A stretch of 34,284 nucleotides of DNA from a virus (lineage: Duplodnaviria; Caudoviricetes): positions 1 to 34,284 of the IMG/VR virus record IMGVR_UViG_3300025875_000073. The stretch is one strand, 5' to 3'. Within the stretch, counting starts at the first letter, position 1. Every line of letters starts with the position of its first letter. Both the position numbers and the translations under genes were made by a program. The notes beneath the pieces were generated by a model, which searched no databases, was not told the DNA's origin, and saw nothing but the letters and a program-made list of their open reading frames with translations. Positions 1-9,026 of this stretch are shown piece by piece.

Positions 1-19
1 GTGTCAGGGCCTTGCGCAT
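1..19 (-). CDS. 5' start of an unknown gene running off the left edge (MRKALT...)
   Basis: Minus strand reads GGAGG-ATCC-ATG CGC AAG GCC CTG ACA; only 6 codons are visible. Confidence 0.5.
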
Positions 20-160
20 GGATCCTCCAGGTCTCGTTGCGGGCAGCCCACCACACGGCGGGCGTGGTGTCATGCGATGGCCCGACGCACTCCGCCAGGC
101 CGCATACCGTTGCAGCGCCCCGTCGAGTGACGCCACGACGCGGACGTATGTAACCCAGCG

Positions 161-1630
161 TTACTGGACCTCGAGCCCATCCAAGGGCTCAACGGACACC
201 GACACCGGGCCGTCCTCTGGTCGATGCACGACCACCCGCGCAATCACCCCAGACATCAGGTCCCGCAGTGCCGCCGGCTCCTGCGTGTCCCACGACTCCA
301 AGATGGCCGTCACCATCGGCGCCGCCGGCCGGTCCAGACTGCGCGACCGGGACTCCGCCTCCCGCGCGCGCGCCAACAGCGCAGCCTGCTCACCCTGCAG
401 CTGATCGCGGGTCGTCGCATACGCCTGATCCGGCACCAACCCCTCCGTCCACCCGACGGTCAGCTTCGCCAAACGAGCCTCGAGGCGCGTCACCTGTCGG
501 CGCAGCGCCGTCGCATCCGTGTGCGCCACCACCTGCGCCGCAGCCCGTACCGCCTCCCGCGCCGCCGACGACTCGATCTGCCCGGCCAGCACCGCCAGCC
601 ACTCCTTCACGACCCGCTCCGCCTTCGCCCGCGACACCGTCACGCACCGCCCCTCCCCCGTCTTCGCCCACCGGCCGCAGATGAACCCGTAGCCCGGCCA
701 GCGGCCCAGCGCGGTGGCGTGCATCGCCGCCCCGCAGTCCCCGCACCGCAGCAGCCCCGACAGCGGGTACAGCGGCGGCCGCGAAGAACCCGGGGCGCCC
801 CGCCGGGCCTCCCTCGCCTCCCGGTACGCCTCCCACACCCGCGCATCCACCACCGGCTCATGCACCCCCGGCACCCACGACGCCTCCCGCCGCGAACCGA
901 CCACCAGCTGCCCGGCGCCGAACCCCGAATCCAGCACGTCCGCAACCCGCTCCGACGACCACGGCCGGCCCGACAGGGTGCGGTGCCCGGCCGCGTTCAC
1001 CTGCCGCGCGATCGACTGGAATCCGACCCCGTCCACGTAGGCCGCGAACATGCCGGCCAGCACCGGGCCCGTCACCTCATCCGGGGTGTACCGGTCCCCG
1101 TCGCGTACGTACCCGAACCGGTCCCCGCCGCGCGACGGCAAGCCCATCGACAGGCGCCGCGAGTGCGCCTCCTTCCACTGCTCCCCGATGCGCTCCGCTT
1201 CGAAGGCGTTGAGCTCGGCCAACATGCCGCGGGTGAAGCGGCCCGTCGACGTCGTGGTGTCCACCTGCTCAGTGGCCGACTCGAGTCGGCCGCCGGCGGC
1301 CTCCACCCGGTCCAGGGCCACGGCCCACTTCAGCCGGTTGCGCGCGGTGCGGGAGAACTTCCACACCACGATGACGTCGACCTCGCCGGCCTCCACCAGG
1401 CTGACCGCCTCGTCGAGGCGCGCCCACCAGCGCGACTTCGCCCGGGACCCCGACTCGTCGAGACCCTCCATGCGGTTGGTGATGCGGTAGCCGGAGCGCG
1501 CGCAGTGGTCGCCGATGGCGGTGTCCTGCAGCTCCGGGGACACCATGCCTTCCCGCTCCCGGGACACCCGCACCAGGGCCAGCGCCCGGGGCGCCGTCTG
1601 CGGGACCGGCCGCAGAGCCCCCCGGCTCAC
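161..1630 (-). CDS. Large serine recombinase (phage integrase)
   Basis: Catalytic VRVS motif, resolvase-like domain (DVIVVWKFSRTARN), recombinase domain (FGY), LSGLLRCGDCG zinc ribbon and coiled coil. GTG at 1630 overlaps the upstream TGA (GTGA). Confidence 0.95.
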   Translation of the reverse strand: MSRGALRPVPQTAPRALALVRVSREREGMVSPELQDTAIGDHCARSGYRITNRMEGLDESGSRAKSRWWARLDEAVSLVEAGEVDVIVVWKFSRTARNRLKWAVALDRVEAAGGRLESATEQVDTTTSTGRFTRGMLAELNAFEAERIGEQWKEAHSRRLSMGLPSRGGDRFGYVRDGDRYTPDEVTGPVLAGMFAAYVDGVGFQSIARQVNAAGHRTLSGRPWSSERVADVLDSGFGAGQLVVGSRREASWVPGVHEPVVDARVWEAYREAREARRGAPGSSRPPLYPLSGLLRCGDCGAAMHATALGRWPGYGFICGRWAKTGEGRCVTVSRAKAERVVKEWLAVLAGQIESSAAREAVRAAAQVVAHTDATALRRQVTRLEARLAKLTVGWTEGLVPDQAYATTRDQLQGEQAALLARAREAESRSRSLDRPAAPMVTAILESWDTQEPAALRDLMSGVIARVVVHRPEDGPVSVSVEPLDGLEVQ

Positions 1631-2073
1631 GCCAGCCACCGCTCGGACGCGGCGAGCCGCTCCTCGATGGCGTCCCGCTCGTCGGCGGCCAGCGCGGCGA
1701 TGCGGGTCCGCAACGTGGGGATGTCGACCCACAGCTCGTCGGCGACGTCGTGCTCGTTGTCCGACCACAGGAGCGCCCCGATCAGGTCCCCCAGGGTGAC
1801 GAGCCGACGGGCGGCCAACTCGTCCACGATCCGCTCCTCCCGTTCAGCGAGCCACGGGTCGGCCGGCACCGGGCCGCGGTGCACGTGCTCAAGTTCGTGG
1901 GTCAACGTGCACCGCCTCTCCACCTGCAGCAGGGATTGATCGAGGACGACCTCGCCGGTGGCGTGGTCGGTGTAGCCGAGCAGCCCGTCGGGCAGGTCGG
2001 CGAACCGCACGGTGACGTGCGGGTGGTGGTGGCGCAGGTGCTGCCACGGATGCCAGATCCCCCGTGCACTCAT
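1627..2073 (-). CDS. ImmA/IrrE-family metallopeptidase (anti-repressor protease)
   Basis: RCTLTHELEHVHRG (HExxH), downstream E..VDELAARRL and VADELWV HTH-like end; lies between repressor and integrase. Confidence 0.88.
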   Translation of the reverse strand: MSARGIWHPWQHLRHHHPHVTVRFADLPDGLLGYTDHATGEVVLDQSLLQVERRCTLTHELEHVHRGPVPADPWLAEREERIVDELAARRLVTLGDLIGALLWSDNEHDVADELWVDIPTLRTRIAALAADERDAIEERLAASERWLA

Positions 2074-2079
2074 GCCAGC

Positions 2080-2101
2080 GGTCTACCGGCGAGCACCGAC
2101 G
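2080..2101 (-). promoter_or_regulatory. Possible PafBC (RecA-NDp)-like promoter for leaderless immA
   Basis: Minus strand CGTCGG-N10-TAGACC-N6-ATG versus consensus TGTCGG-N10-TANNNT (two mismatches). Confidence 0.4.
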
Positions 2102-2128
2102 AAACGGATCCGGGCTGTAACTACAACG

Positions 2129-2608
2129 TCAGGATTCGGGGAACCCGGGGTCCTCGTCAGGGACCTCGTTCTGCTCGTCCTGCACGGTCCGCAGCCGCCG
2201 CCCCTCGGATGGGCCCCGTCGGGCCGCAAGGGCGTAGTCGTGAACCGTGGCCGGCTCGGGGCCACTGATGGGCGCCTTCTCCTCAACCGGGTCGAGCATG
2301 GCCCGTACCACTGCCAGCACCGCTTCGCGTTGGCGACGGCCGAGGCGGTTCGCCTCGGGCGGCAGCTCAAACGGGCGTTCTTCGCCGCGGGCCGCCGCGG
2401 CCCACTCTCGGATGGTGGTGACCGGCAGCCGCAGGCTGTCAGCCACTGACGCGATGGTGCGCTCACTGGTCAGCTTCCGTCCGTAGATCAGATCCGACAC
2501 CGTGCTGGTGCCGACCTCTGCTCGTGCCGCGAGGTCCCTGAGCGAGTAGGTCCCGGCGTTCTCCATGGCGTCGCGCCACGGGGCGGGGATCTCGTCTAGG
2601 GGGCTCAC
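2129..2608 (-). CDS. XRE-family HTH immunity repressor
   Basis: SLRDLAARAEVGTSTVSDLIYG HTH, divergent from a Cro-like gene. Start uncertain: GTG 2608 has a GGAAGG RBS; alternatives are 2680 and 2566. Confidence 0.85.
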   Translation of the reverse strand: MSPLDEIPAPWRDAMENAGTYSLRDLAARAEVGTSTVSDLIYGRKLTSERTIASVADSLRLPVTTIREWAAAARGEERPFELPPEANRLGRRQREAVLAVVRAMLDPVEEKAPISGPEPATVHDYALAARRGPSEGRRLRTVQDEQNEVPDEDPGFPES

Positions 2609-2609
2609 G

Positions 2610-2791
2610 GCTACAGACCTTCCGAGCGGATGCGTGCAGTTGTCCAGCGGCAGCGTAGCGGTGCCTGCTACAGACTCCACGCCTGTAGTTCGCCATTGAG
2701 CGTCAGTCCGCCGAAAAGTGCTACGCCCACATGTAGCAATCCGCCGCTACATGTCCTATCGTCTTGCCGGACGACAGGACGAGCCGCTACA
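2610..2791. promoter_or_regulatory. Operator region of the lysis/lysogeny switch
   Basis: Perfect ACATGTAGC-N8-GCTACATGT at 2729-2754; CTACAG-N9-CTGTAG at 2668-2688; further GCTAC/GTAGC half-sites at 2610, 2655, 2720, 2786. Confidence 0.7.
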
Positions 2792-2805
2792 TTGAGGAGG
2801 ACACG

Positions 2806-3123
2806 GTGAGAGCCACCGGATGGAGGGTCGAAGTGCAACTGGTACCCGGCGGAAGGCAGCTGCTCAGGTCGCACATGAAGGTGCGTGGCCTCAGCCAGAT
2901 GGAGCTCGCTCGCCTGTGCGGCGACGAGAGGTACAGGTCGTCGATCGGGCACCTGGTGACCGGCGAACGAGACGGCTGCAGCGAGAAGCTCGCTGCGAAG
3001 CTGTCGAAGGTGCTCCTCGGGGACGCGGCGAAGGACTCGCCGTTGTTCGTGCCGCGGGTGTTCAGCGTCCAGCGAGACGGCAGGACGCCGATCGGATCCG
3101 AGACGCATCGGCGAGCGGCATGA
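2806..3123 (+). CDS. Cro-like HTH regulator
   Basis: GAGGAGG RBS before GTG 2806; GLSQMELARLCG...RSSIGHLVTG HTH; first rightward gene. Confidence 0.8.
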   Translation: MRATGWRVEVQLVPGGRQLLRSHMKVRGLSQMELARLCGDERYRSSIGHLVTGERDGCSEKLAAKLSKVLLGDAAKDSPLFVPRVFSVQRDGRTPIGSETHRRAA

Positions 3124-3308
3124 GCAAGCACGACGAGTTGATCGCGGCGGCCGGCCGCAAGTGGGCGGAGGCCTGCGCACGACAGGCGGCTCGCACCCCA
3201 CGCGAGGCCGCTGAGGCCGCGCACCGCCCCGGCGGTCCCAGCGTCGATGAGCTCGAGGCCCGGATCCGCGCGCAGCGCACCGCCCAGGCCGAACCCACTG
3301 CGGCCTGA
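3120..3308 (+). CDS. Hypothetical protein (MSKHDEL..., 62 aa)
   Basis: ATGA overlap with cro; GC3-rich codons. Confidence 0.7.
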   Translation: MSKHDELIAAAGRKWAEACARQAARTPREAAEAAHRPGGPSVDELEARIRAQRTAQAEPTAA

Positions 3309-3386
3309 CCCACCCCTGAACGCGACGAAGGCGGCCCCACGCCCGGGACCGCCTCGCCAACCCGACCGACCGCGAAGGAGTCGATC

Positions 3387-3566
3387 GTGAACCGCAACCG
3401 TACCGCCAGCGCCCCACCACCGGCGGGTGTCGCCACCGCCCTGGGCCTCGCCCTCGCCGCCGCGCTTCTCATCGCCGCGGCCGCCGTCGGCGCTCTGCGC
3501 GACGCCTACACCGTCGTGTCCACCCCGGACGGCCCGGCCGTGGTCCGCGTCGAGGACCGGCCGTGA
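3387..3566 (+). CDS. Small membrane protein (59 aa)
   Basis: AAGGAG RBS; hydrophobic GVATALGLALAAALLIAAAAVGAL; not in the supplied ORF track. Confidence 0.65.
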   Translation: MNRNRTASAPPPAGVATALGLALAAALLIAAAAVGALRDAYTVVSTPDGPAVVRVEDRP

Positions 3567-3715
3567 ACCCCGAGGACGTCGTCGCCCCCGCCTGCTGGGC
3601 GGTCGCCGCCGTCGCCGCGCTCGCGCTCCTGCTGCTGCGCAACCCGAACAGCCGCCTGTCCCGCTTCGTCGACCGCCCGGCCGGCGACCGCACCCTCGAA
3701 GGAAACCAACTCTGA
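3563..3715 (+). CDS. Small membrane protein (50 aa)
   Basis: GTGA and TGATG coupling at both ends; ACWAVAAVAALALLLL segment. Confidence 0.6.
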   Translation: MNPEDVVAPACWAVAAVAALALLLLRNPNSRLSRFVDRPAGDRTLEGNQL

Positions 3716-4167
3716 TGCGTACCTCCACCCTCGTTCAGGCCACCGCCGACGTCGTCACCGTCCTGAACCTCCGCACCGGCGACGTCTACAAGCGCCTCGA
3801 GGAGAACAAGTCCGGCTACGGCGAGGCCTACACGCTCCAGTTCGGCGTCGTCCAGGACGTCATGCACAACGGCGAGGACGCCGTCATCACCGCCCTGGAG
3901 TTCACCGTCTCCTACAGCGGTGTCGAGCCCAAGCTCAAGACGTTCGGCACGAACGCCGACCTCAAGCTGTTCTCCGCCCAGCCCGACGAGGTGCGCAACC
4001 ACTTCGCCGAGCTACAGGAGTCCGCGCGACTCGCCGTCGAGAAGGCCGAGGGCGAGGCGGCGAAGCAGCGGACCATGGCCGCCCGCGTGGCCTCGGTCAT
4101 CGACCGTGTCGAGTCCGGCACCCCGCTCACCGCCGCTACGACGAGCACGCTGGCGGTGACGGTATGA
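3715..4167 (+). CDS. Hypothetical phage protein (MRTSTLVQ...)
   Basis: GAAGGA RBS, TGATG coupling, strong GC3 bias. Confidence 0.8.
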   Translation: MRTSTLVQATADVVTVLNLRTGDVYKRLEENKSGYGEAYTLQFGVVQDVMHNGEDAVITALEFTVSYSGVEPKLKTFGTNADLKLFSAQPDEVRNHFAELQESARLAVEKAEGEAAKQRTMAARVASVIDRVESGTPLTAATTSTLAVTV

Positions 4168-4565
4168 CCCCGGCCGTCGTCGCGCACGGCACCGCCGAGA
4201 CCCTCGCCCGCGTCGCCCACTTCCGCCAGCTCACCGCCACCCTCCCGGAGGCGCACGAGCTCGACCCGGTCATCCGGTTCCTCATCGGCCGCGTCACCGA
4301 CCCGGCCGAGGTGCTGGAGCACCTGCACGACGAGCTCGACCTGCTGTGGTCGCTCATCACGGAGGACTTCGACGTCGACCAGTTGGACGACATCCCCGAG
4401 CCGGAGTGGGTGCGGCACTCGTTCGCCACCGTCCAGCAGGAGACCGACCACCGGCACCTGCTGACCGTCGCCCGCCTCGTCAACGACATCGAAGGGCACA
4501 TCCGGCTCGCCCGGGCCCGGCGCGTCGAGAACGAGCGGCCCGCCACGCAGGGGCGTGCAGCGTGA
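4164..4565 (+). CDS. Hypothetical protein
   Basis: ATGA coupling, GC3 bias. Confidence 0.75.
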   Translation: MTPAVVAHGTAETLARVAHFRQLTATLPEAHELDPVIRFLIGRVTDPAEVLEHLHDELDLLWSLITEDFDVDQLDDIPEPEWVRHSFATVQQETDHRHLLTVARLVNDIEGHIRLARARRVENERPATQGRAA

Positions 4566-4801
4566 CCGGCTTCCGCACCACCCGCATGGCCGACCGAGCC
4601 GCCCTCGAGCGGGCGGCTCAGCTGCCGGCCACCGCCCCCAGTTCAACCGCCGAGCCCTACAACCCCGCGTGGGACATCGACATGATCGGCGACTCGCGCA
4701 TGGAGTACGACGGGCCGCGGTGCGACTACTGCGGCGACACGCAGACCGTCGACGACGGCGATCGGCTCTGCCCGGACTGCATCGGGACCGGTGCGGCATG
4801 A
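4562..4801 (+). CDS. Small CxxC...CxxC zinc-finger protein
   Basis: CDYC...CPDCIGTG; coupled at both ends. Confidence 0.65.
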   Translation: MTGFRTTRMADRAALERAAQLPATAPSSTAEPYNPAWDIDMIGDSRMEYDGPRCDYCGDTQTVDDGDRLCPDCIGTGAA

Positions 4802-5271
4802 GCGGCTTCCCGAAGGTCTGCCCCGAGTGTTCGACGGCGTTCGTCGCCGAGGAGCGAGTGCGGAAGTTCTGCAGCCGCTCGTGCGGTGCACGGGCCCGCC
4901 AGCGGGTCCGCGTGCTGGACAAGAACTCGAACTGGCGGGGCGGGAAGACCAAGCACCCGCTCTACGCCAGCTACCTCGACATGGTCGCTCGCTGCTCGCG
5001 CCCGACACACCACGCCTTCGCCCGGTACGGCGGTCGCGGGATCACCGTCTGCGAGCGCTGGTCCCAGGACTTCTGGGTCTTCGTGTCCGACATGGGCGAG
5101 CGCCCGGCCGGCCACTCGCTGGACCGGGTCGACAACGACGGGCCGTACGCCCCCGAGAACTGCCGCTGGGCCACGCCGAGCCAGCAGTCCAAGAACCGCC
5201 GAGCCACGGCCTACGCGGGTGTCGAGCGGAACCAGTCGACCGGCCAGTACCAGGCCCGGAGGGCGTCATGA
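4798..5271 (+). CDS. HNH-type homing endonuclease (YGGRGI family) with N-terminal Zn finger
   Basis: YGGRGITVCERW...SLDRVDNDGPYAPENCRWAT; CPEC...FCSRSC. Confidence 0.85.
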   Translation: MSGFPKVCPECSTAFVAEERVRKFCSRSCGARARQRVRVLDKNSNWRGGKTKHPLYASYLDMVARCSRPTHHAFARYGGRGITVCERWSQDFWVFVSDMGERPAGHSLDRVDNDGPYAPENCRWATPSQQSKNRRATAYAGVERNQSTGQYQARRAS

Positions 5272-5981
5272 CCTGGAGCACCGGACCGTTCCTCGCATTC
5301 GACGTCGAATCGACCGGCACTTCGGTCGAGTCCGACCGCATCGTCACCGCGACCACCGTGCTGATCCAGCCCGGCGCCGAGCCCGCCGTCACGTCGTGGC
5401 TGATCAACCCCGGCGTCCCCATCCCCGCCGAGGCCACCGCCGTCCACGGCATCACCGACGACCACGCGCTCACCCACGGGCGGGAGCCGGGCGAGTGCGT
5501 CGCGGAGATCGTCGCGGTGCTCACCTCGGCCGCGGCCGCCGGCGTCCCCGTGCTGGCGTACAACGCCAGCTACGACCTGACGCTCCTCGACCGCGAGGCC
5601 CGCAGGCACGGCGGCCTGGCGATGCCTGCCGGGATGCTGGTCCTCGACCCGTTCGTCATCGACAAGGCGCTGGACCGGTACCGCAAGGGCAAGCGCACCC
5701 TGACCGCCGCCTGCGAGCACTACGGCGTGAAGCACGGCGGGGCGCACGACGCCACGGCGGACGCGCTCGCCGCGGCCCGGGTGATGTGGGCGATCGGCCA
5801 GCGGCACCCCCAGGTCGCCGCCATGACCCTGCCCGAGCTGCACGATGCCCAGCAGCGGTGGGCCGCCGAGCAGGCCGCGTCGTTCCGCGACTACCTCGTG
5901 CGGCAGGGCAAGACCGACGACCTGCCCCACGGCGAGTGGCCCATGCGGGCGTGGGTCGAGCAGGGGCAGGTGGCGGCGTGA
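5268..5981 (+). CDS. DEDDh 3'-5' exonuclease (DnaQ/epsilon-like)
   Basis: AFDVESTG (Exo I), AYNASYDL (Exo II), AHDATADA (Exo III). Confidence 0.92.
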   Translation: MTWSTGPFLAFDVESTGTSVESDRIVTATTVLIQPGAEPAVTSWLINPGVPIPAEATAVHGITDDHALTHGREPGECVAEIVAVLTSAAAAGVPVLAYNASYDLTLLDREARRHGGLAMPAGMLVLDPFVIDKALDRYRKGKRTLTAACEHYGVKHGGAHDATADALAAARVMWAIGQRHPQVAAMTLPELHDAQQRWAAEQAASFRDYLVRQGKTDDLPHGEWPMRAWVEQGQVAA

Positions 5982-6238
5982 GCGCACCCACCGTCGAGCC
6001 GACCACGCGGCGCGCCGACCGGAACAAGGACCGGCTGTTCCACTTCGGGTGCGTCGCCGAGCGCCTCCGCGCCCTGACCGTCGGCAGCCCCGTGCGCTGC
6101 CTCTGCGGCAAGGTGCAGACCCGGGCGGCGGTCGGCACCAAGAAGCCCACCCCCCGGCTCCGATGCGTGGTGTGTGCGGACCTCGCTCCCGCCCACGTCG
6201 CCACGTGCCCGCCCTGCACAGCGGCGGTGAACCGATGA
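5978..6238 (+). CDS. Cys-rich protein, DUF3039-like
   Basis: GSPVRCLCGKV...RCVVC; coupled at both ends. Confidence 0.55.
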   Translation: MSAPTVEPTTRRADRNKDRLFHFGCVAERLRALTVGSPVRCLCGKVQTRAAVGTKKPTPRLRCVVCADLAPAHVATCPPCTAAVNR

Positions 6239-7143
6239 CCGCCACCGCCCCCGCCGCCGTCCTGCTGCCCACGGTGGAGCCCGGGTCGGAGGAGTGGCTG
6301 CGGCGCATGTCCGCGTCGAAGATCGCCGCCGTCCTCGGGCTATCCACCTACGAGTCCCGGTTCAGCCTGTGGCACCGCATGGCTGGCCTCACCGAACCGG
6401 AGCCGGACGACGACCTCAAGCGCCGCGGCCACTACCTGGAGCCCGCGATCGCCGCCTGGTTCGCCGACCAGCACCCCGACTGGCAGGTCGACACCACCGG
6501 CACGTGGGTGCACCCCGAGCGGGACTGGACCGCCGCCTCCCCCGACCGGCTCATCACCACCGAGACGGGCGAGGTGCGGCTCCTCGAGTGCAAGTCCGCG
6601 GCCGAACCGTCCGAGTGGGGGGAGCCCGGCACCGACCAGATCCCGGCCGGCTACCGCGCCCAGGTGCAGTGGCAGATGGACGTCCTCGGCGTCCGCGTCT
6701 GCCACGTCGCCGTACTCACCGCCTACCTGTCGTTCGCCGAGTACGTCGTCACCTACGACCCCGACGACGCCACGTTCATGCGCACCAGGGCCGCCGAGTT
6801 CATGGCGTCCCTCCCGGGCGGGAAGGCGCCACGCCGGCCGGACATCGACGGGCACTCCGCCACCTACCAGGCGGTGCGCGAGCTCCACCCCGACATCGAC
6901 GGCGGCGACTACGACGTCCCCGCGCCGCTCGCTGAGCGGTACTGCGCCGCCCGGCACGCCCTCAAGGCGGCGGAGACCAACGAGCGGGAGGCCCGCGCCG
7001 AACTGGCCGACGCCATGGGCACCGCGAAGCGCGCCGTGTTCGACGGCGACGTCATCGCCACCCGCGCCGCCAAGCAGGGCGGCACCCCGTACCTGACGGC
7101 AGCCAAGAGGCTGCCCGACCTCACCCAACCGAAGGCAGCCTGA
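6235..7143 (+). CDS. YqaJ/lambda-exonuclease-family recombination nuclease
   Basis: EEWLRRMSASKIAAVLG, GHYLEP, ASPDR, LLECKS, QVQWQM; directly upstream of RecT. Confidence 0.92.
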   Translation: MTATAPAAVLLPTVEPGSEEWLRRMSASKIAAVLGLSTYESRFSLWHRMAGLTEPEPDDDLKRRGHYLEPAIAAWFADQHPDWQVDTTGTWVHPERDWTAASPDRLITTETGEVRLLECKSAAEPSEWGEPGTDQIPAGYRAQVQWQMDVLGVRVCHVAVLTAYLSFAEYVVTYDPDDATFMRTRAAEFMASLPGGKAPRRPDIDGHSATYQAVRELHPDIDGGDYDVPAPLAERYCAARHALKAAETNEREARAELADAMGTAKRAVFDGDVIATRAAKQGGTPYLTAAKRLPDLTQPKAA

Positions 7144-7145
7144 CC

Positions 7146-8006
7146 ATGACCACCACGCAGAGTGTGTCCAACGCCGTCGCCACCCGCGACGGATCCGCGC
7201 AGGCCCTCGTCGAGCAGTACCGGGACGACTTCGCCACCGTCCTCCCCACCCACATCCGCACGGACACGTGGGTGCGCCTCGCCGTCGGCGCCCTGCGCCG
7301 CGACGAGAAGCTCCGGGAGGCGGCGAACAACGACCCCGCCTCCCTCATGCAGGCCCTCCTCCACGCCGCCCGCCTCGGCCTCGAACCGGGCAGCGAGGAG
7401 TACTACCTGACCCCGCGCAAGGAGCGCGGGCAGATGAAGGTGCTCGGCATCCCCGGCTACCAGGGGCTCATCGAGCTGATGTACCGGGCGGGCGCCGTGT
7501 CCTCCGTCGTCGTCGAGTGCGTCTACGCCAAGGACCGGTTCTCCTACACCCCGGGCAAGGACCCGCGGCCGGTGCACGAGATCGACTGGGACGCCGACGA
7601 CCGCGGCGAGCTGCGCCTGGTCTACGCGTACGCGGTGATGAAGAACGGCGCCACCTCCAAGGTGGTGGTGCTGAACCGGGCGGCCATCACGAAGATCAAG
7701 TCGTCGTCGCAGGGTGCGAACTCCGAGTACTCGCCGTGGCAGAAGCACGAGCCGGCCATGTGGATGAAGTCCGCGGCCCGGCAGCTGGCGAAGTGGGTGC
7801 CCACCTCGGCGGAGCGAGTCGGGGTGACCCCGGTGCGGGTCGAGTCGGAGCGGCCGGAGCCGTCCGGCGCCCTGCCCCCGGCACCGGCCGGGCTGGACGA
7901 GTCCGAGGCGGCGGTGCACGCCGACCCGGACACCGGTGAGGTCGTCGACGCCGAGATCGTCGGCGCCGAGTGGGAGCCCCCGGCCGACTGGGAGCCGACC
8001 CGATGA
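7146..8006 (+). CDS. recT: RecT-family ssDNA annealing protein
   Basis: SLMQALLHAARLGLEP, YYLTP, GYQGLIELMYRAG, SPW...AMWMKSAARQLAKWVP. Confidence 0.92.
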   Translation: MTTTQSVSNAVATRDGSAQALVEQYRDDFATVLPTHIRTDTWVRLAVGALRRDEKLREAANNDPASLMQALLHAARLGLEPGSEEYYLTPRKERGQMKVLGIPGYQGLIELMYRAGAVSSVVVECVYAKDRFSYTPGKDPRPVHEIDWDADDRGELRLVYAYAVMKNGATSKVVVLNRAAITKIKSSSQGANSEYSPWQKHEPAMWMKSAARQLAKWVPTSAERVGVTPVRVESERPEPSGALPPAPAGLDESEAAVHADPDTGEVVDAEIVGAEWEPPADWEPTR

Positions 8007-8203
8007 GCGGCACGTTCGCGGCTCGCTACGGCGGGCCTTGCGCCGCCGAATGCGGCAGCCGCATCTACCCCGGCGACGACGTCGAGTACGTCGACGACGA
8101 GCTCGTGCATGCCGACTGCGCCGACGACCCACCAGCCGCGGCGCGGCCCGCCCCACCACCATGCCCGGCCTGCTGGACGGTCCACGCCGGGGAGTGCATG
8201 TGA
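8003..8203 (+). CDS. Small Cys/His-rich protein
   Basis: FAARYGGPCAAECG...HADC...CPACWTVH; coupled at both ends. Confidence 0.7.
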   Translation: MSGTFAARYGGPCAAECGSRIYPGDDVEYVDDELVHADCADDPPAAARPAPPPCPACWTVHAGECM

Positions 8204-8634
8204 CCGCCCTTGCCGTCACCGTCCTCGGTGAGCCGATCCCGCAAGGCAGCCTGCGCGCCGTCGGCCGCGGCCGGCTCGTGTCCGACAACACCCGACTGCG
8301 GCCGTGGCGGGACACCGTCGCCTGGCACGTGCAGCAGACCATGCGCGACCTCGGCATGGCCGGGCCACTCGAAGGCCCGCTGTCGCTCACCGCCACGTTC
8401 GTACTGCCCCGACCACCATCCGCCCCGCGCTCGAGGTGGGCGCCACACAAGAAGCCCGACGGGGACAAGCTGCTGCGCGCCCTGTTCGACGCGGTCACCG
8501 CCGGCGGCGCATGGGTGGACGACGCCCAGGTCGTCACCTGCGCCTGGTCGAAGGTGTACCCCGTCCCGCCCGCGGTCCCCGGGGTCACCTTCACCGTCGC
8601 GCCCGCCGTCCGCGGAGAGCAGGTGGCGGCATGA
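8200..8634 (+). CDS. rusA: RusA-like Holliday junction resolvase
   Basis: GEPIPQGS, KPDGDKLLRALFDAVT, WVDDAQV motifs. Confidence 0.9.
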   Translation: MTALAVTVLGEPIPQGSLRAVGRGRLVSDNTRLRPWRDTVAWHVQQTMRDLGMAGPLEGPLSLTATFVLPRPPSAPRSRWAPHKKPDGDKLLRALFDAVTAGGAWVDDAQVVTCAWSKVYPVPPAVPGVTFTVAPAVRGEQVAA

Positions 8635-9026
8635 CCGCCGAGATCGTCAACCGGCGGAACGCCGACCCGGACCACGATGTCGTCACCGTGCACGGCGGCG
8701 AGGGCATGATGCGCCGGCCCTGCCCGGAGTGCCCGTGGCGGCGAACCAACGCCGGGGGCTTCCCGGCCGAGGCGTTCCGGCTGTCCGCGCCGACCGCCTA
8801 CGACATGGCCACGCACACGTTCGGCTGCCACCAGTCCGGGACCGAGCGGCCACGGACCTGCGCCGGAGCGGCGGTGCGGACCGGGCACTCCCTCGCACTG
8901 CGGATGCGCGGCGCCGAAGCCGCGGAGGTCGAGGACGTCGGCGATGACCTGTTCGACGACTACCGCGAGATGGCCGAAGCCAACGGCGTCGACCCCGACG
9001 ACCCGGTACTGCGGAGCTGTCGATGA
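8631..9026 (+). CDS. DUF6283-like Cys/His protein
   Basis: PCPECPWR...FGCHQSG...CAG pattern. Confidence 0.65.
   Translation: MTAEIVNRRNADPDHDVVTVHGGEGMMRRPCPECPWRRTNAGGFPAEAFRLSAPTAYDMATHTFGCHQSGTERPRTCAGAAVRTGHSLALRMRGAEAAEVEDVGDDLFDDYREMAEANGVDPDDPVLRSCR

Noticed and set aside
20-200. attL candidates (GTAAC-N5-GTTAC at 150-164; GAGCCC/GGGCTC at 173-190)
   Set aside because: The inverted repeats are too short, and a serine-integrase att site cannot be fixed without the other end or an empty site.
224-1939. Long Arg/Pro/Gly-rich ORFs (224-1939 +, 6909-9191 -, 23056-24387 -, 28690-29973 - and similar)
   Set aside because: Shadow frames of real genes; stop codons are scarce at this GC content and no motifs are recognisable.
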